Position numbers and translations under genes: made by a program. A DNA stretch of 63,543 nt, the filler included, from Octopus bimaculoides (taxonomy: Eukaryota): NCBI RefSeq assembly GCF_001194135.2. It is 8 parts of 6 records of this genome, joined end to end, with 100 filler letters (N's around TTAATTAATTAA, not from the genome) between each part and the next. Parts side by side here need not be neighbours in the genome. Positions count along the whole stretch, not along the records: positions 23,900 to 37,570 come from NC_068999.1; 7 more parts are not named here. One strand, 5' to 3'. Below the pieces are notes generated by a model. It was not told where the DNA came from, did no database searches, and was given only the letters and a program-made list of their open reading frames with translations. Below, piece by piece: positions 24,138-36,310 of the stretch. Every line of letters starts with the position of its first letter. The first letter of the stretch is position 1.

Positions 24138-25174
24138 GTAAGGCGATTACATCTACTCGTACGCACACACCACAGTATACATACACACAAAGTACCTGTC
24201 ACTACTCTCAGTATATCAAACCACCATATGAGTGTGTGTGTGTGTGTATAAGTTAGGTTATATTCTGTTATGAACGTAGTAAAGTGCAGTATAAAACTCA
24301 TCCACTTTCAGATTTCACCCAGTGCTATCCAGCGGTAGTATTATACCTACTGCCAGATATGTGTAGGGCAAGAAGGAGTACACTACAATTGTTTTCACAC
24401 AATTTTGCAGGTTTGCAGGAACTTGGTTATGTAACCATTCCCTGCATTATGAGACCTTGTTGTGTTTCATTAGGTGATATATAAATATTGTTTCTGTGTT
24501 TCATAAACTCAAATTCTCAGCTTCAAGCACATCCTTTCTGTCTGTCGTGGCTTGTAAGATAGTAGCAACCACTCAGTGTATCAAACCACTTTATATATAT
24601 ATATATGAAGACTGAGACAGAACAGTGGAGAAGAAAGACTGGTTGTGTTGGCTACTCATTTCATAGAAAAATATTCCATGTAGAAAGAGAGCAAAACTTT
24701 AACACATTCATAGTCTTCACTGTGTGATAACCTCTATAAGGGGACATAATCAAAGCCATGTCGTTTAGAAGTGTGGTCTTTGTGTTACATCAAAGACCCT
24801 CAGTGCTGTTAGTCTCATATTTATAACCCCAGGTAAGTCCTGACCCATAAACCTATGATCACTGGTATTTCGTCCATGACCATCCTGTCTATTATTTCAG
24901 ACACAGAGTACTGGAGGACTGCCTGCCCTTCTGGTGTATCCCTCTTATCTAAAATGATAGTATGTGTGTGTGTGGTGGGGTCTGATGGTAACTAGATTGT
25001 TATTTCCCAATTTTGGCATGCTTGCTGACACTTGTAAGCTTGTCTCATGAAGAGAGACACTGTAGATTCTCTAATATAGACACAATACCAGAATTTTAAG
25101 AAGACATAGTTGATTATAGTTAATCCTCCTATTTGATTGGTACTTATTTGATGTGATTTGAACTCAAGATTTAA

Positions 25175-25388
25175 TCCTTTAGCATTTAAACTGGCCAAAT
25201 CCAGCCAAAATATTCTGCTTCTTTTATGTTCAAACTGCCCAGATCCAACATCTCACACTTACCCTACAAATTCATTCTAAAAATAAATAACCACATCATC
25301 GAAATCTGAAAGCCACAAGATAAAGCATGATTAATTCAGAACAATGTGAATAAATAAGCTTTACATTTAACAATAACCTGCTAAAGGG
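25175..25388. mobile_element. piggyBac-type MITE
   Basis: Flanked by TTAA at 25171-74 and 25389-92; termini tcctttagca / tgctaaaggg. Confidence 0.75.
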
Positions 25389-25756
25389 TTAAAGTAACCT
25401 AATAGAATACCCCAAGCCATTTTGTTTGAGGCTCTTCCAATTTTACTAGTCCACTATTCTTGCTTAATAATCCTTTCTGCTATAGTCACAAGGCCTGAAA
25501 TTTTGGAGGATGGGGTTAATTGATTACACTGACCCTGGTGCTCAACAGGTACTTATTTTGTCAACCTTGAAAGGATGAAAGGCAAATTTGAGCTTTGAAT
25601 GTAAAGATGGACGAAATGTCACTGAGCATTTGGTCCAGTGTGTTAATGATTCTGCTAGCTCACTGCCTTCTCTTGCTTAATAATGATTTCTAATTTAAAT
25701 ACAAAGCTTTAAATTTTGGGGTGGAGGCATAGCAGATTTTATTAACCCCAGTATTT

Positions 25757-25939
25757 GACGGTTATTTGCCATGAAACCACCTCAATTCTGGGAAGAGGGT
25801 ATTTTCAAGTTAAAGGAAAGATGGAGACGCATTGTGCAACAAAATGGTTCATATTTGGTTGATTAAAAATGTAATGGCAAGTATTTATTGACCATTTTCT
25901 TTCATTTAAAAATCGGCACAAACTTTCTGGACAACCCAA
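25757..25939 (+). mobile_element. Mariner right-end fragment
   Basis: KPPQFWEEGIFKLKERWRRIVQQNGSYLVD-stop, followed by TIR aaaaatcggcacaaactttctggacaacccaa + TA. Confidence 0.8.
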
Positions 25940-26439
25940 TATATATGTAAATATATATATATATTATATCTATATATACATTTTAATTTAATTTAATGTC
26001 TTTATGCAGCTGAGGATTGCTCTGCATTTAAATTGATGTAATGATTGCATTGTTCAATTAAATGGAGTTGCTTGAAACGATCGTACTGCATTACCTCCGG
26101 ATATCATTGTTGCTTATTTTGATTATATATCATATTTATATACGAGACTCTTCGTGGGACACACAAAAACTGGTTCAGGAGTATCTGGTGGAGCAGATGT
26201 ATCTCGTTCGGGTGGTGATAAATAAAAAATCTCGTTAAAATGTCTGTTCCATAATGCAACTTACCGTTTTGTAGAGAGAAAAACAGCCAGATGGAGGAAA
26301 ATTCTTCATATATATATATATAGAAGATCCCAAAATAAGAGAAATGAACACTTAATCCACGAGAAAAGTATATATATATATATAATTAGAAATATAATAT
26401 TTCTAAATCTCTCACAGAGATTTAAGCAGTAGTGGAGCG

Positions 26440-26734
26440 ATAAAGTTGTAGTATATTGTCAACTTAATGTGACAATCCCAATAAGGGAACACACTACTGC
26501 CGTTTAGCCCTAGGAAGCTGGACCGCTTCCTGTCGGCCTTGACACAATTACTGTGTCCTTAAGTTTGCGAGGGGGAGACAAGCTCCTCCACCCAGCCTAG
26601 CCAGCATTCAGGGACATGTTTCTGAGTCTTTGCTCGGCCGACAGGAAGCGGTCCAGCTTCCTAGGGCTAAACAGCAGTAGTGTGTTCCCTTATTGGGATT
26701 GTCACATTAAGTTGACAATATACTACAACTTTAT
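26440..26734. repeat. Fold-back element: 99-bp near-perfect inverted arms, 97-bp spacer
   Basis: 26440-26538 is the reverse complement of 26636-26734 with one mismatch seen. Confidence 0.92.
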
Positions 26735-26804
26735 ATATATATATTTGAAAAGATTTGTAAATGTACCACACGAGTAAGTAGATATTAAAGAGAAATAAAA
26801 AGGT

Positions 26805-28462
26805 CTCAGTCTTTCGTCATTGGCTCTGTGAGGCCCAACGTTCGAAGGTCATGCTTCATCACCTCATCCCATGTCATCCTGGATTCCTTCAACTGTTTGG
26901 GAGTGGCACTTCTTCATACAGCTCTCCTCATCCATCCGTAGTACACGACCATACCAGCGCAAACGTCTCTCTTGCACGCCACATCCGATGCTTCTTATGT
27001 CGAATGTTTCTCTCAGGGCGCTTACACTCTGTCGTGTGTGCACACTGACATTACACATTCAGTGGATGATGCTAGCTTCATTTCTTTTGAGCCTACACAT
27101 GTCCTCCACAGTCACGGCCCATGTTTCACTGCCGTGAAGCATAGCAGTTCATATACATGCATCATACAATCTCTGAGTGAGAGGCCCTTTGTCACCAGTA
27201 GGGGTAGAGGCTTTCTAAACTTTGCCCAGGCTATTCTTATTCTAGTGGTAACACTCTCAGAGCATCCACCCCCATTATTAACTTGGTCACCTCAGTAGCG
27301 TGAGCTATCAACTACATCTAGTTTCTTCCCCTGGAGTGTGATGGTATCTGTTTTCTGAGCATCTGTGGTGTTTATTTCCCCTGTGCATCTGCTGCTCACA
27401 AAAGCTATCTTCCCGGTTAATCTTCCTTTGATGTTGCTGCACCTTTTATGTGTCCATAGCTTACACTGGGTACATCTTATGGAGTTTCTCCCTACACGTT
27501 TTCTACAGATCAAGCAGGGCCACTTACCTGAGGGTGTGTGTGATGAGTTTACCTTCCTACCTACTAGAACTTGGGTCTTTGCTACATTGACTTTAAGGCC
27601 TTTTGATTCTAAACCTGAAATTTCTTCTCTAGTTCACGTAGTGATTCTGCTAAGAGGGCCGGGTCATCAGCATAGAGGAGCTCCCAGGGGCAACCCATCT
27701 TGAATTCCTCTGTTATTGCCTGGAGGACTATGATGAATAAAAGGGCTGATTCTTTGTAGACCCCTACTTCTACCTAGAATTCTTCACTATACTCATTGCC
27801 AATCCTAACCTTACTAACGGCCTCCCTGTATAGGGCCTGTACAGCCCTTATTAACCATTCGTCAATCCCTAGTTTCTGCATCGCCCACCAGATGAGGGAT
27901 TGGGGGACCCTGTCAAAGGCTTTCTCCTAGTCCATAAAAGCTAAGTATAGGGGTTTATCTTTAGCTGGGTATTTCTCCTGCAGTTGCCGTACCCAGAATA
28001 TAGCATCAGTGGTGCTTCTACCTGGCACAAAACCGAACTACATCTCATCTAAGCAGATTCTTTCCTTAATGAGATGGGCTGTGACCCTCTCCGTGACCTT
28101 CACCAGTTTGATACCCCTGTAGTTATTTCTATCTAGAGCATCACCTTTACCCTTGTAGCAGTTGACTATGGTGCTGCTACATCAGTCATTGGGTATGACT
28201 CCATCATGTACTACCTGGTTTACAATGTGGGTGACTAGGCCATAGCCCACACCACTAGATATTTTAAGCATCTCAGTAGTGATTCCTGATGGGCCGGGGG
28301 CTTTTCCTAGTTTCATACCCTTAATTGCTTTATCCACCAGGGTGCTGTCTATTTGGATAGTTGGTCCCTCAACTGGGTCAAAATTTGGCAGGCTCTCCTC
28401 TTCCCATTCATTCTCCACATTCAGCAGTCTTTCATAATGGCTTCTCCAAGCCTCTTTCTTTT
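26805..28462 (-). mobile_element. RTE-clade LINE, decayed reverse transcriptase region (both ends truncated)
   Basis: Translates to AWRSHYERLLN...KAPGPSGIT...NNYRGIKL...EKAFDRVP...PWELLYADD...VVDSSRY...RIRIAWAKF with stops and frameshifts. Confidence 0.93.
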
Positions 28463-28639
28463 GAGAATATAGGGACTATATCAGAAGCCATTATAGTAGA
28501 ATTAGAAAATAGCAGAGGGAAGAGATCGTGTAGTTGTGGGTCAGAAGCTGGAGTATGTCTGAGTGGTTCTTTCCTGGATGAATGTTAAAATTGTAATACA
28601 TACATATGAAACACATGTGTTTTAATATGAAAATGCTTA

Positions 28640-30454
28640 ATTTTTTATTTACCAGACTGGTTTAAAATATGGAAAAAAAGAAAATAAAAGAAAAGAAAAT
28701 GATGGTGTTTATATTTTATTTAGATTTCAGTTTGTTTAAAGTCTTCATTTGTAATTTTTTTCCAATTTAAAAACATTTTTGAATATTATTTTTTTTTTAT
28801 TCATTTTATATTTTTTTCTTTACATAGAATACAAAAAAAAAATTTTGCAAAATAAAAATAAAAAAAAAACGTTTTCTCCCCCCTCCCACTTAAGACAAAA
28901 AAAAAAAAGACCAGGCATACTGCATCACAACTTATAAACTGGAAGGTTAGGTTTCAATACTTGCCAAACAATGATCGGGGATTGGGAGGAGAAGAACAAG
29001 CTTAAATGATATATTTTTTTTGTATCGTTCACTTTTTCACCTAAAATAGGTTTGTTTCATATCTTTTTTTCGAGGGAATGATAAATGAGCAGGGAGGTGG
29101 GGGTTATTATAACTCCCACCACCCCTCCACACAAACTAGTAAAATAATAACAACTAGATTTGCACCGAGTGTAGTAAACATTTGTTTAAACAAACATGCC
29201 AACATTAGACCTCTCTCTCTCTCTCTCTCACAGACAGATTGACAAAACACACAGCCACATAACTAGAAAGAAGTGACCAATACTATACAGCAGATTCACA
29301 CAACATAGATGGATTGGTGACGGAGGGGGGGGGTTAAGGGTGCATAGACAGCCCCCCCCCCCCCCCGCCACATCCTATGTTGCTTTTATGTACAAACCTC
29401 ACACCGCAATCAATCAGTTTACTCTATTCCCTCCTTCCCTCTTGGGGTACTGACTCACATCTTCTTCAGACTAACCAATAAAGCATACCGCCCCCCCCAA
29501 AAAACCCAACCAACAACCTAGATGAAGGGATTAAAAAAAAGATGAAAACATCCTGCAACCATTTGCCCAACTGTTCTGTGAAAAAGCTGCAGAAGAAATA
29601 ATGATGTTTTTTACATAGGCACAAAAATTAGGCGGAAGGGAGTTAGACAACACCATCAACCCTCGGACTTGAGTGGTACTTTATTTTATCAACCTTGGAA
29701 GGATGAAAGGCAAAGTTGACCTCGGGAGGATTTGAACTCAGAATGTAAAGAGCGAGAAGAAACACTGCAAGGCATTTTGTCTGATAAGGAGTAAAAGAAA
29801 AATCAGGTGATGGAGAAGGAATTTTAATATGTCTAAAACGTCTAAGTTTATAATTACACCAGAGGATGATATAACGAGTGACATTCAACTATTAAAGGAG
29901 TAGATTTAATCTTGTCCCAGAACACATGCTTATTCAATCTTCTTTGAATGAAGAAGTTATACAGAAATGAAGCTATCTTAACAACCTCTAATATTTCTAA
30001 AGATTTTATTTTCTCATCTTTTGACAATTATTTTCATAAGTTAGCATGGCTGGGATGGGCATTACTGACACCAAGTAGGTTTGTTCTGTTGCAGTTGAAT
30101 GTTCCTATGACTGCCAACTTCCAAACATAAGAACACTGCAGATTAGTCAACTAGACACAGTTATGGAGTTTGCTCAGAATAACAATAAAATGACTGCAAC
30201 TATAAGGTTTAAAGTCACGATACTCCAAGTAGTGGTGATAATAACAGAAGCAATTAAACTGAGCTTTAACCAACCACTCTCTAATTAATCTTTTAAATAT
30301 ATAATACCTAAACTGAGAAGTTGGCAAAAAAAAGTGTATTAAATTTAGTAGAATATATCCTTCAAAATGACATTTGCTAAAACCTAAGAAAATGTTGACC
30401 TCAATACATACACACACACACACGCATATATATATAAATATATATGTATGTATG

Positions 30455-30508
<54 letters not shown>

Positions 30509-32756
30509 TACAGAGACACACATAAAATGACTGCTGCATACATGTGAAAAAGCTTAGAATAGTGCCACAGTGAATCAAAAGCTTCAAATGAATAAATAAA
30601 CTGGATTAAATTAGTGGAGTACTTTTTCTCCCATTTATATAACAAAACACACACACACATCATAATATAAAACAAACAACTTTTGAGGCAAGTATTATCA
30701 AGAATAAGTCCAACAATACGAACACAAAAACAATATATGAAGTGATATTAAAGCAAGCTAAAATATACCTTAACAGGATCATTAAGATGTGAACGTCGAT
30801 GTATTTCTATTAAATAAAACACAGCTCAGGTGACTGATAAAGCCAGCATACTGGTAATGGCACAGCTGTGACAATAAATGGCAGAATGAAAGTAAGGAAT
30901 TGTTGACAGAAGTTTGGGGAGTAGAGGAGAGAAAATTAAGCAACTTGTGCGAAGTAGTCCCAATAATTTTAAGGGACTAGCAGCATCTGATTCTTTTGAG
31001 AAATAATCAGTTTTAAATAATAATAGCTGATGTTACATTCTGGCTCCAGTGGTTTCAGGCATAAACAGTGGGAGCAAGGGAGAGAATGCTTTCTCATCTT
31101 AAAAAACAGAAGGAAGCCAACAAAAATCTAAGACCAGTTCATTGACAAAAGGAAAGCGAATCACAGTAAATGTTTAATAGAAAAAAATTCTTATAAAAAA
31201 AAAAAAAAGGCCATGATACAATTTCTGAAATGATTATTTAACAGGATGGTGAGTGTTAGGAAAAAAAACGAAGATGAAGTGACTGTGTTTGTGTGTGTGT
31301 GTGTGTGTGTAAAAAGGTGTAAGCATTTTAAATCATGATCAAAGTTACAACTGCATACAATTCACACGTGGCTGTACACATACAATACTCACTCGCAATG
31401 TATTATACACACACAATATGTTTCTGAGCTACATGGAAGTGTAGAAACAAAGTAATAGTTGAATATAGACCAACACTGTTACCACTGCCATCTTAATTAA
31501 GCCAATACTCACACCTAAAGTGATTAATAACAAATGAACATGTTGGCAAATACTGTGAGAGAAACTGGTAGTGTTTGTGTTGGTAACATGTGACAGGCAA
31601 GCTGGAGCAATCGGTAGGTTTCTACAGCTAAGGTTTTTAGGGATGGGGTTGTTCATGACATCAAAGAGGAGGTAAAAAAAACAAGAGGTGCAAAGCATCT
31701 TTGTACAGGGCAGGTGGTTGCTATAGCAACATCAGCAAGTATAGACAGGTTATACAAGGTTGAACTAAAAGGTGCACTACTTAGGGTCAGGGATGGGGGG
31801 GGGTAACCAAAGAAAACAAATTTAAATTAAAGTATCATTCAAAATAAGAGAAGATTCTTGCTTGTAATATTGTAATTTAGGTCAACCCTTCTACACAAAA
31901 AGGACTGTTTTATTGTGCTTTTGGGGTTGTTGTTTCTTTTTGGCTATAGCCCAAACATTTAAGGGCAGAGCAGAGCAACATATTACAGCGAGATATATTA
32001 GGGGTCAGAAAATTAGGTTAGGTGAAACTGGATTATGTCTGAGGTTTTGGTAATTGATTCAGTTTATAAGAGAGCAGAAAAAAATACCCCAATTATTTAA
32101 GAACTTAGTGGCGTTTCTGAACACTATTTAGAACGTTAATAGTTTTTATTGTCATCAGGTTAAAACCATGACCTCCCCATTTTTTTCTGTTTTCTTTTTA
32201 TTGTTAAAATGTTTGAGATCTCAGATCACTGCACCAAGCTTCTACTTTTATTCTGAAAGCTTGATTCCAATAAACTGTTCAATTATCTTTTTGTTTCTTA
32301 ATGGAGTCCATTGCACTGTACACAGAAAATAACAATTTTGGTAATTTTTCAATCATGGATAATTGAGCTATCTTTGGAGCTTATTTATATCATTTTTCAA
32401 GAGATTTATGGACAGTCTTGGTAATAATGCTTTGTTCCCTGCAAAACAAAGGAATATTACAAAATTTTGATTTACTTTCGTACAGAAACGCCCACCAAGT
32501 TCCCTACCAGAAAGTGAGATTGTATGACCCTCTCCCTCACCACCACTCAACTCTTACATTTCAGTTGATGGCGTTGATTGATGTATACTGAAATACAACA
32601 ATTTCACTGTTTATGTGAATACGATTCCAAAGAAGGGAGGTGGTGGGGGACAGGAAAAAAAGATTATACTTCATTGTCGTCGTCGTTATCATCATCATCA
32701 TCATCATCAAGGTTATAAGTAGGACAATTTCACACAATATTTTGGCCAGACACAAC
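28640..32756 (-). other. Probable long terminal 3' UTR of Pak
   Basis: Acceptor tttttttttgttttttttaaatctgctttgaatttgtag at 32757. About 4 kb of repeat-poor sequence, U-tract-rich on the minus strand, ending in clustered minus-strand AATAAA hexamers near 28644, 28715 and 28796. Confidence 0.5.
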
Positions 32757-32952
32757 CTACAAATTCAAAGCAGATTTAAAAAAAAACAAAAAAAAAACAC
32801 AGTCTCTATCCACATTATCGTGTCGTTTGTATTTTAAATAAATTTTAGCATCACTAAATTGTTTTATTTTGAGACTGTTCGTTTCTTCGAGTGGAAATCA
32901 CGAGAGGAATATTATAATTGTAATAGTGAAATTAAAAAAATAAAAAAATTAC

Positions 32953-33090
32953 CCTGGCAGTGTAAATAAAAAGAAAACAAATAAAGAAAACTATCTTAGA
33001 CCTGGTATCTAGTCAGTGAAGATGATTTCAAATTTCATGATCAGAAGAACATCTCTTTAAGATGACCAGCAGATGTGACTTTGTTATCTG
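32953..33090 (-). other. Candidate non-coding (3' UTR) exon of Pak
   Basis: Acceptor tcaattttag(cag), donor AGG|GTAATT. Confidence 0.45.
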
Positions 33091-33324
33091 CTAAAATTGA
33101 TTTGAGTTTGTGACAAGAATAAAAAATGAACAACTAAATATAAAAATGACATAGAAATAAAACAGAGGAGTAAGATAGAAGAAAACTACTATACTAATGT
33201 ATATATAATGTATGTATGATAAATATGTAATGTGTGTATGTGTGTGAGTTCTGAAAACAACTTAAGTTTCATGTTCAAGTGAAATAAATTTGACTTGGTT
33301 TGGGTTAAACTAGAGTCTGCTTAC

Positions 33325-33543
33325 CTTCAATCATCAGCTTATCTCAGTGCATACCACAAAATGGCTGGTGGTAATTTTAAGAAAAATCACAAAACTCAGT
33401 ATCTGTGAGTAAGTGAAAATATTGTGACAGGGGCGATAACTCAGATTTTGAAGTAGGTGAGGAGGCTCTAGTGCAACCCAAACCAAATCAAATATCTTCC
33501 CTGGAGCATGAAACTGGAGTTGCTGTCACAATCATTCAGTTTA
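33325..33543 (-). other. Candidate non-coding (3' UTR) exon of Pak
   Basis: Acceptor atatttttcctatacag, consensus donor AAG|GTAAGC; no open frame through it. Confidence 0.6.
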
Positions 33544-34155
33544 CTGTATAGGAAAAATATTTTTAACTCCTCTCAAAAGTATGTATGTGAGTGTGTCTGT
33601 TATGAGGTGATGAAGAAGAGATAGAAATGTGAAGTAGCACTATATAATTATTGTTTATTGTATGTGTGTGTGTATGTAAATGCCATCTATGTAGGTGTTC
33701 AAAATGTGTGTGTATGTATTCTTCTTTCCACTGGAAGGGAACAAAAGCAAATACCAGCATATATGTTGTGGATGTGGCTAAGATGTTCCATTTGAAGGGA
33801 ACACCTCTCCATACTTTGTGTTGCTGTATGTGTGATGTGTTAAGGAGGGGAGTAAAACAGTCCCGTGGAGTGGCCAGAACACAACAACCAAGCACACAGC
33901 AAAGGTACGCACTTTATCATACTATGTCTTCTGTTATATTTCCTTCACTGTCATGTCTGTCGAAAATGAGAGAGAGAAAGAAAAAGAAAAACTGATGAAA
34001 TGGTATAAAACAAAAACATGTCAGTTTAGAATGTGTGTTGTGCTTGTATTGATATGTGCATGCATGTAATATATTTCCATATGTAACATCACTATCAAGG
34101 TATTGAGGCTTTTAGTGGAGTTCACTCAGTAGTAAACATCTGGACGAGAGCTTAC

Positions 34156-34389
34156 ATTTTCTCAAAACATCTCATGGTACAAGAGGAGATTTATGAACAC
34201 ATTACATTTCACTTGTCTCTGCTATTGCTATTTAATGCAAGGAACACTTTTCTGGTCATGCTGTCAGGTGGAACACCAAATCCCATTGGAGGTTATATTC
34301 TGGAGTCTTCTTTATCCTAATACAAGACGAAGACCAGTCAATAACAATGTGTTATTGGAAGGGACATACAAAATGAAATTGAGAACCTA
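34156..34389 (-). other. Candidate non-coding (3' UTR) exon of Pak
   Basis: Acceptor tctatcccctattatctatag(tag), donor AAT|GTAAGC; stops in all frames; same strand as Pak. Confidence 0.5.
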
Positions 34390-34499
34390 CTATAGATAAT
34401 AGGGGATAGATTCCTGGTATGGTGTGATCAAATGCATCTCAATTGCAGCCAATTGAAATTAAAATGAAATTTTTCTTATAGATGGTCAGGTTGGACATC

Positions 34500-34870
34500 A
34501 ACCACTTTGCTTTCAATAGTTTAGGAAGGACTAAAGAATTGTGTCTAATATAGCCCTGAGTCAACCAATGCCTTATGAATAAATTTGGTAGATGGAAACT
34601 GTGCGGAAGCCCAATGTTTATATGTGTGTATAAACACACACACACACACATATGTATGTGTTGTTTTTGTATTTGTCTATCACAGCTTAACAACTGGCAT
34701 TGATTTGTTTGTGTTCTTGTAACTTTAGCAGTTTGGCAAAGGAAGGCCAACAGAATAAGTACTACAAATTTAAAGTAAATACTGGGATTGATTTGGTCAC
34801 TGAAACCTTTCAAGGTGGTGCCCCAGTATGGTCACGGTCAAAAGACTAAAACAAATAAAAGAATAAATAA
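34500..34870 (+). mobile_element. SINE family A copy, CpG-decayed, inside the first putative 3' UTR intron of Pak
   Basis: Family A motifs with most CG converted to TG/CA. Confidence 0.75.
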
Positions 34871-34918
34871 AACTAACTTACCACTGGATTGTAATTCCAT
34901 AATTTATAACAAGTTCTC

Positions 34919-35002
34919 TCAATGTGTTTTCTGTGCTTCTTTTGCAGCCAATATTAGTGGCACTAGACTAGCCAGTGGTTTGGCTAGACGGAGGAAAGAA
35001 TG
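34919..35002 (-). CDS. Pak: Group I PAK kinase last coding exon: HSFLRLAKPLASLVPLILAAKEAQKTH-stop
   Basis: Matches the PAK C-terminus pattern HxFLxxAKPLxSLxPLIxAAKEA; acceptor caattcttttctgattctgttgcag; TGA at 34921-34919; exon continues 37 nt to donor GTG|GTAAGT at 34882/34881. Confidence 0.95.
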   Translation of the reverse strand, partial: HSFLRLAKPLASLVPLILAAKEAQKTH

Positions 35003-35277
35003 CTGCAACAGAATCAGAAAAGAATTGAGATATAAAAAGGAAAATACCAAAATATATTGAAAAACATGATAACAAATTTTTGCTGTTGTTGTTTTTAGTC
35101 ACAGGCCTGTAAAACAATGAGGGCTGAGGACTGAGATATGTGGTGCAAGAAGACCTGGCCACCACAACAGAACTGAGATCCTAAAACCAAGGTGCCATGT
35201 AAACATACTGGCAGTGCTGATATAAAAGGTCAGGAGGGGGTGATGCGAGGGGAAATAATTAGATAAAGTGATGTTAC

Positions 35278-35415
35278 CTTAAGTAATTCTGATGCTGATG
35301 CTCGTTTATCAACATCAACCTCCAAACATTTGTCCAAGAAATCCTGGAAGACCGGTGACAACTTGTGTTTCTCTTTGATTTCTGGTTTACCATTTGTTGC
35401 TATTAAGTACAGTGC
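35278..35415 (-). CDS. Pak: Group I PAK kinase exon: [46 protein letters not shown]
   Basis: Diagnostic group [13 protein letters not shown] motif; 138 nt, phase 0-0; acceptor ccattattccattaacag, donor AAG|GTAACA; joins in frame to both neighbouring exons. Confidence 0.96.
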
Positions 35416-35699
35416 CTGTTAATGGAATAATGGTAGAAATGTCAAGTTGGATATACAGAGAAGTGACAGTAGAAAGAAAAAGTAATAAATTGAATATGCA
35501 CACTGATAAATATGCATATAAATATACATACATTGCTGAATAGACATTCATACTGACAAATACACACACACAATTATACATACACATACACTGATAAATA
35601 CACACACTGATGGTTACACATGCACGCATAGGTAAATACATGAATTTAGCAATAAACACACACACACACACACAATGATGACAATGAGAAAACTAGACC

Positions 35700-36310
35700 T
35701 GCCATGAGGATAAGAAATAGAAGGAACAGAAAAGTAAATATTGCCAGATAAGACAGAGTGTAAGTGTTTTGAGAGAAAAACTGGGTATACATAGCATCAG
35801 ATGTGAGGTGCAAGAGAGAAGACTGTGCTGGTGTGGCCATGTAATGCATATGAAGACAGTTACATCAAGAGGTGCTGATCTCTAATTGCAGAGAGTATGT
35901 GTGGAAGGGGGACACCAAGTGTGAGAAAGGATCTACAAACGTTAGGACTCACAGAAGCGATGACAGGGGATTGAGACTCCTGGCAGTTTGCTGTACTTGA
36001 AAAGACACATCAAGCCAAGTAAAAGCATGGTTGCCCTTGCTTACAGACTCAACCCCTGCAACCTTCTCCAGCTGAGTATCTTTAATCATGCAGGCTCGTA
36101 GGTGCTGGTGCCATGTAAAAAGCATCCGTGCCAGTGCTGCATAGACGCACCCAGTACACTCTGTAAAGTGGTTGGCATTAGGAAGGGCATCCAGCTATAG
36201 AAACCAGGCCACAACAGACATGGACCCTGAACAACCCTTCAGCTGGTCAGTTCCTGTCAAACCGTCCAAACCAAGCCAGCATGGAAAATGGACGGATGAT
36301 GATGATGATA
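35700..36310 (+). mobile_element. RTE LINE 3' end with 3' UTR and (GAT)n tail, in a Pak intron (antisense)
   Basis: Homologous by eye to the C-terminal part of the 26.8 kb RTE (atcagatgtg..caagagagaagact, gttaggactcacagaagcgatgac), then the aggaagggcatccagct...ccagcatggaaa tail and gatgatgat. Confidence 0.8.

Noticed and set aside
24826-24840. Perfect-looking donor CAG|GTAAGT
   Set aside because: Falls inside a reverse copy of repeat family D, and upstream frames are closed.
25990-26110. Minus-strand YDRFKQ...LNAEQSSA, faintly Helitron helicase- or piggyBac-like; plus frame with two in-frame TGA suggesting a selenoprotein
   Set aside because: Too short, no flanking motifs, and no SECIS recognised.
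28470-28588. Plus-strand ...ENSRGKRSCSCGSEAGVCLSGSFLDEC-stop, suggestive of a dibasic-cleaved peptide
   Set aside because: Directly abuts the RTE relic, with no signal-peptide exon or convincing acceptor.
31429-31698. 89-aa minus-strand ORF with hydrophobic C-terminus
   Set aside because: No recognisable homology or splice context; lies in the inferred Pak 3' UTR; length is compatible with chance.
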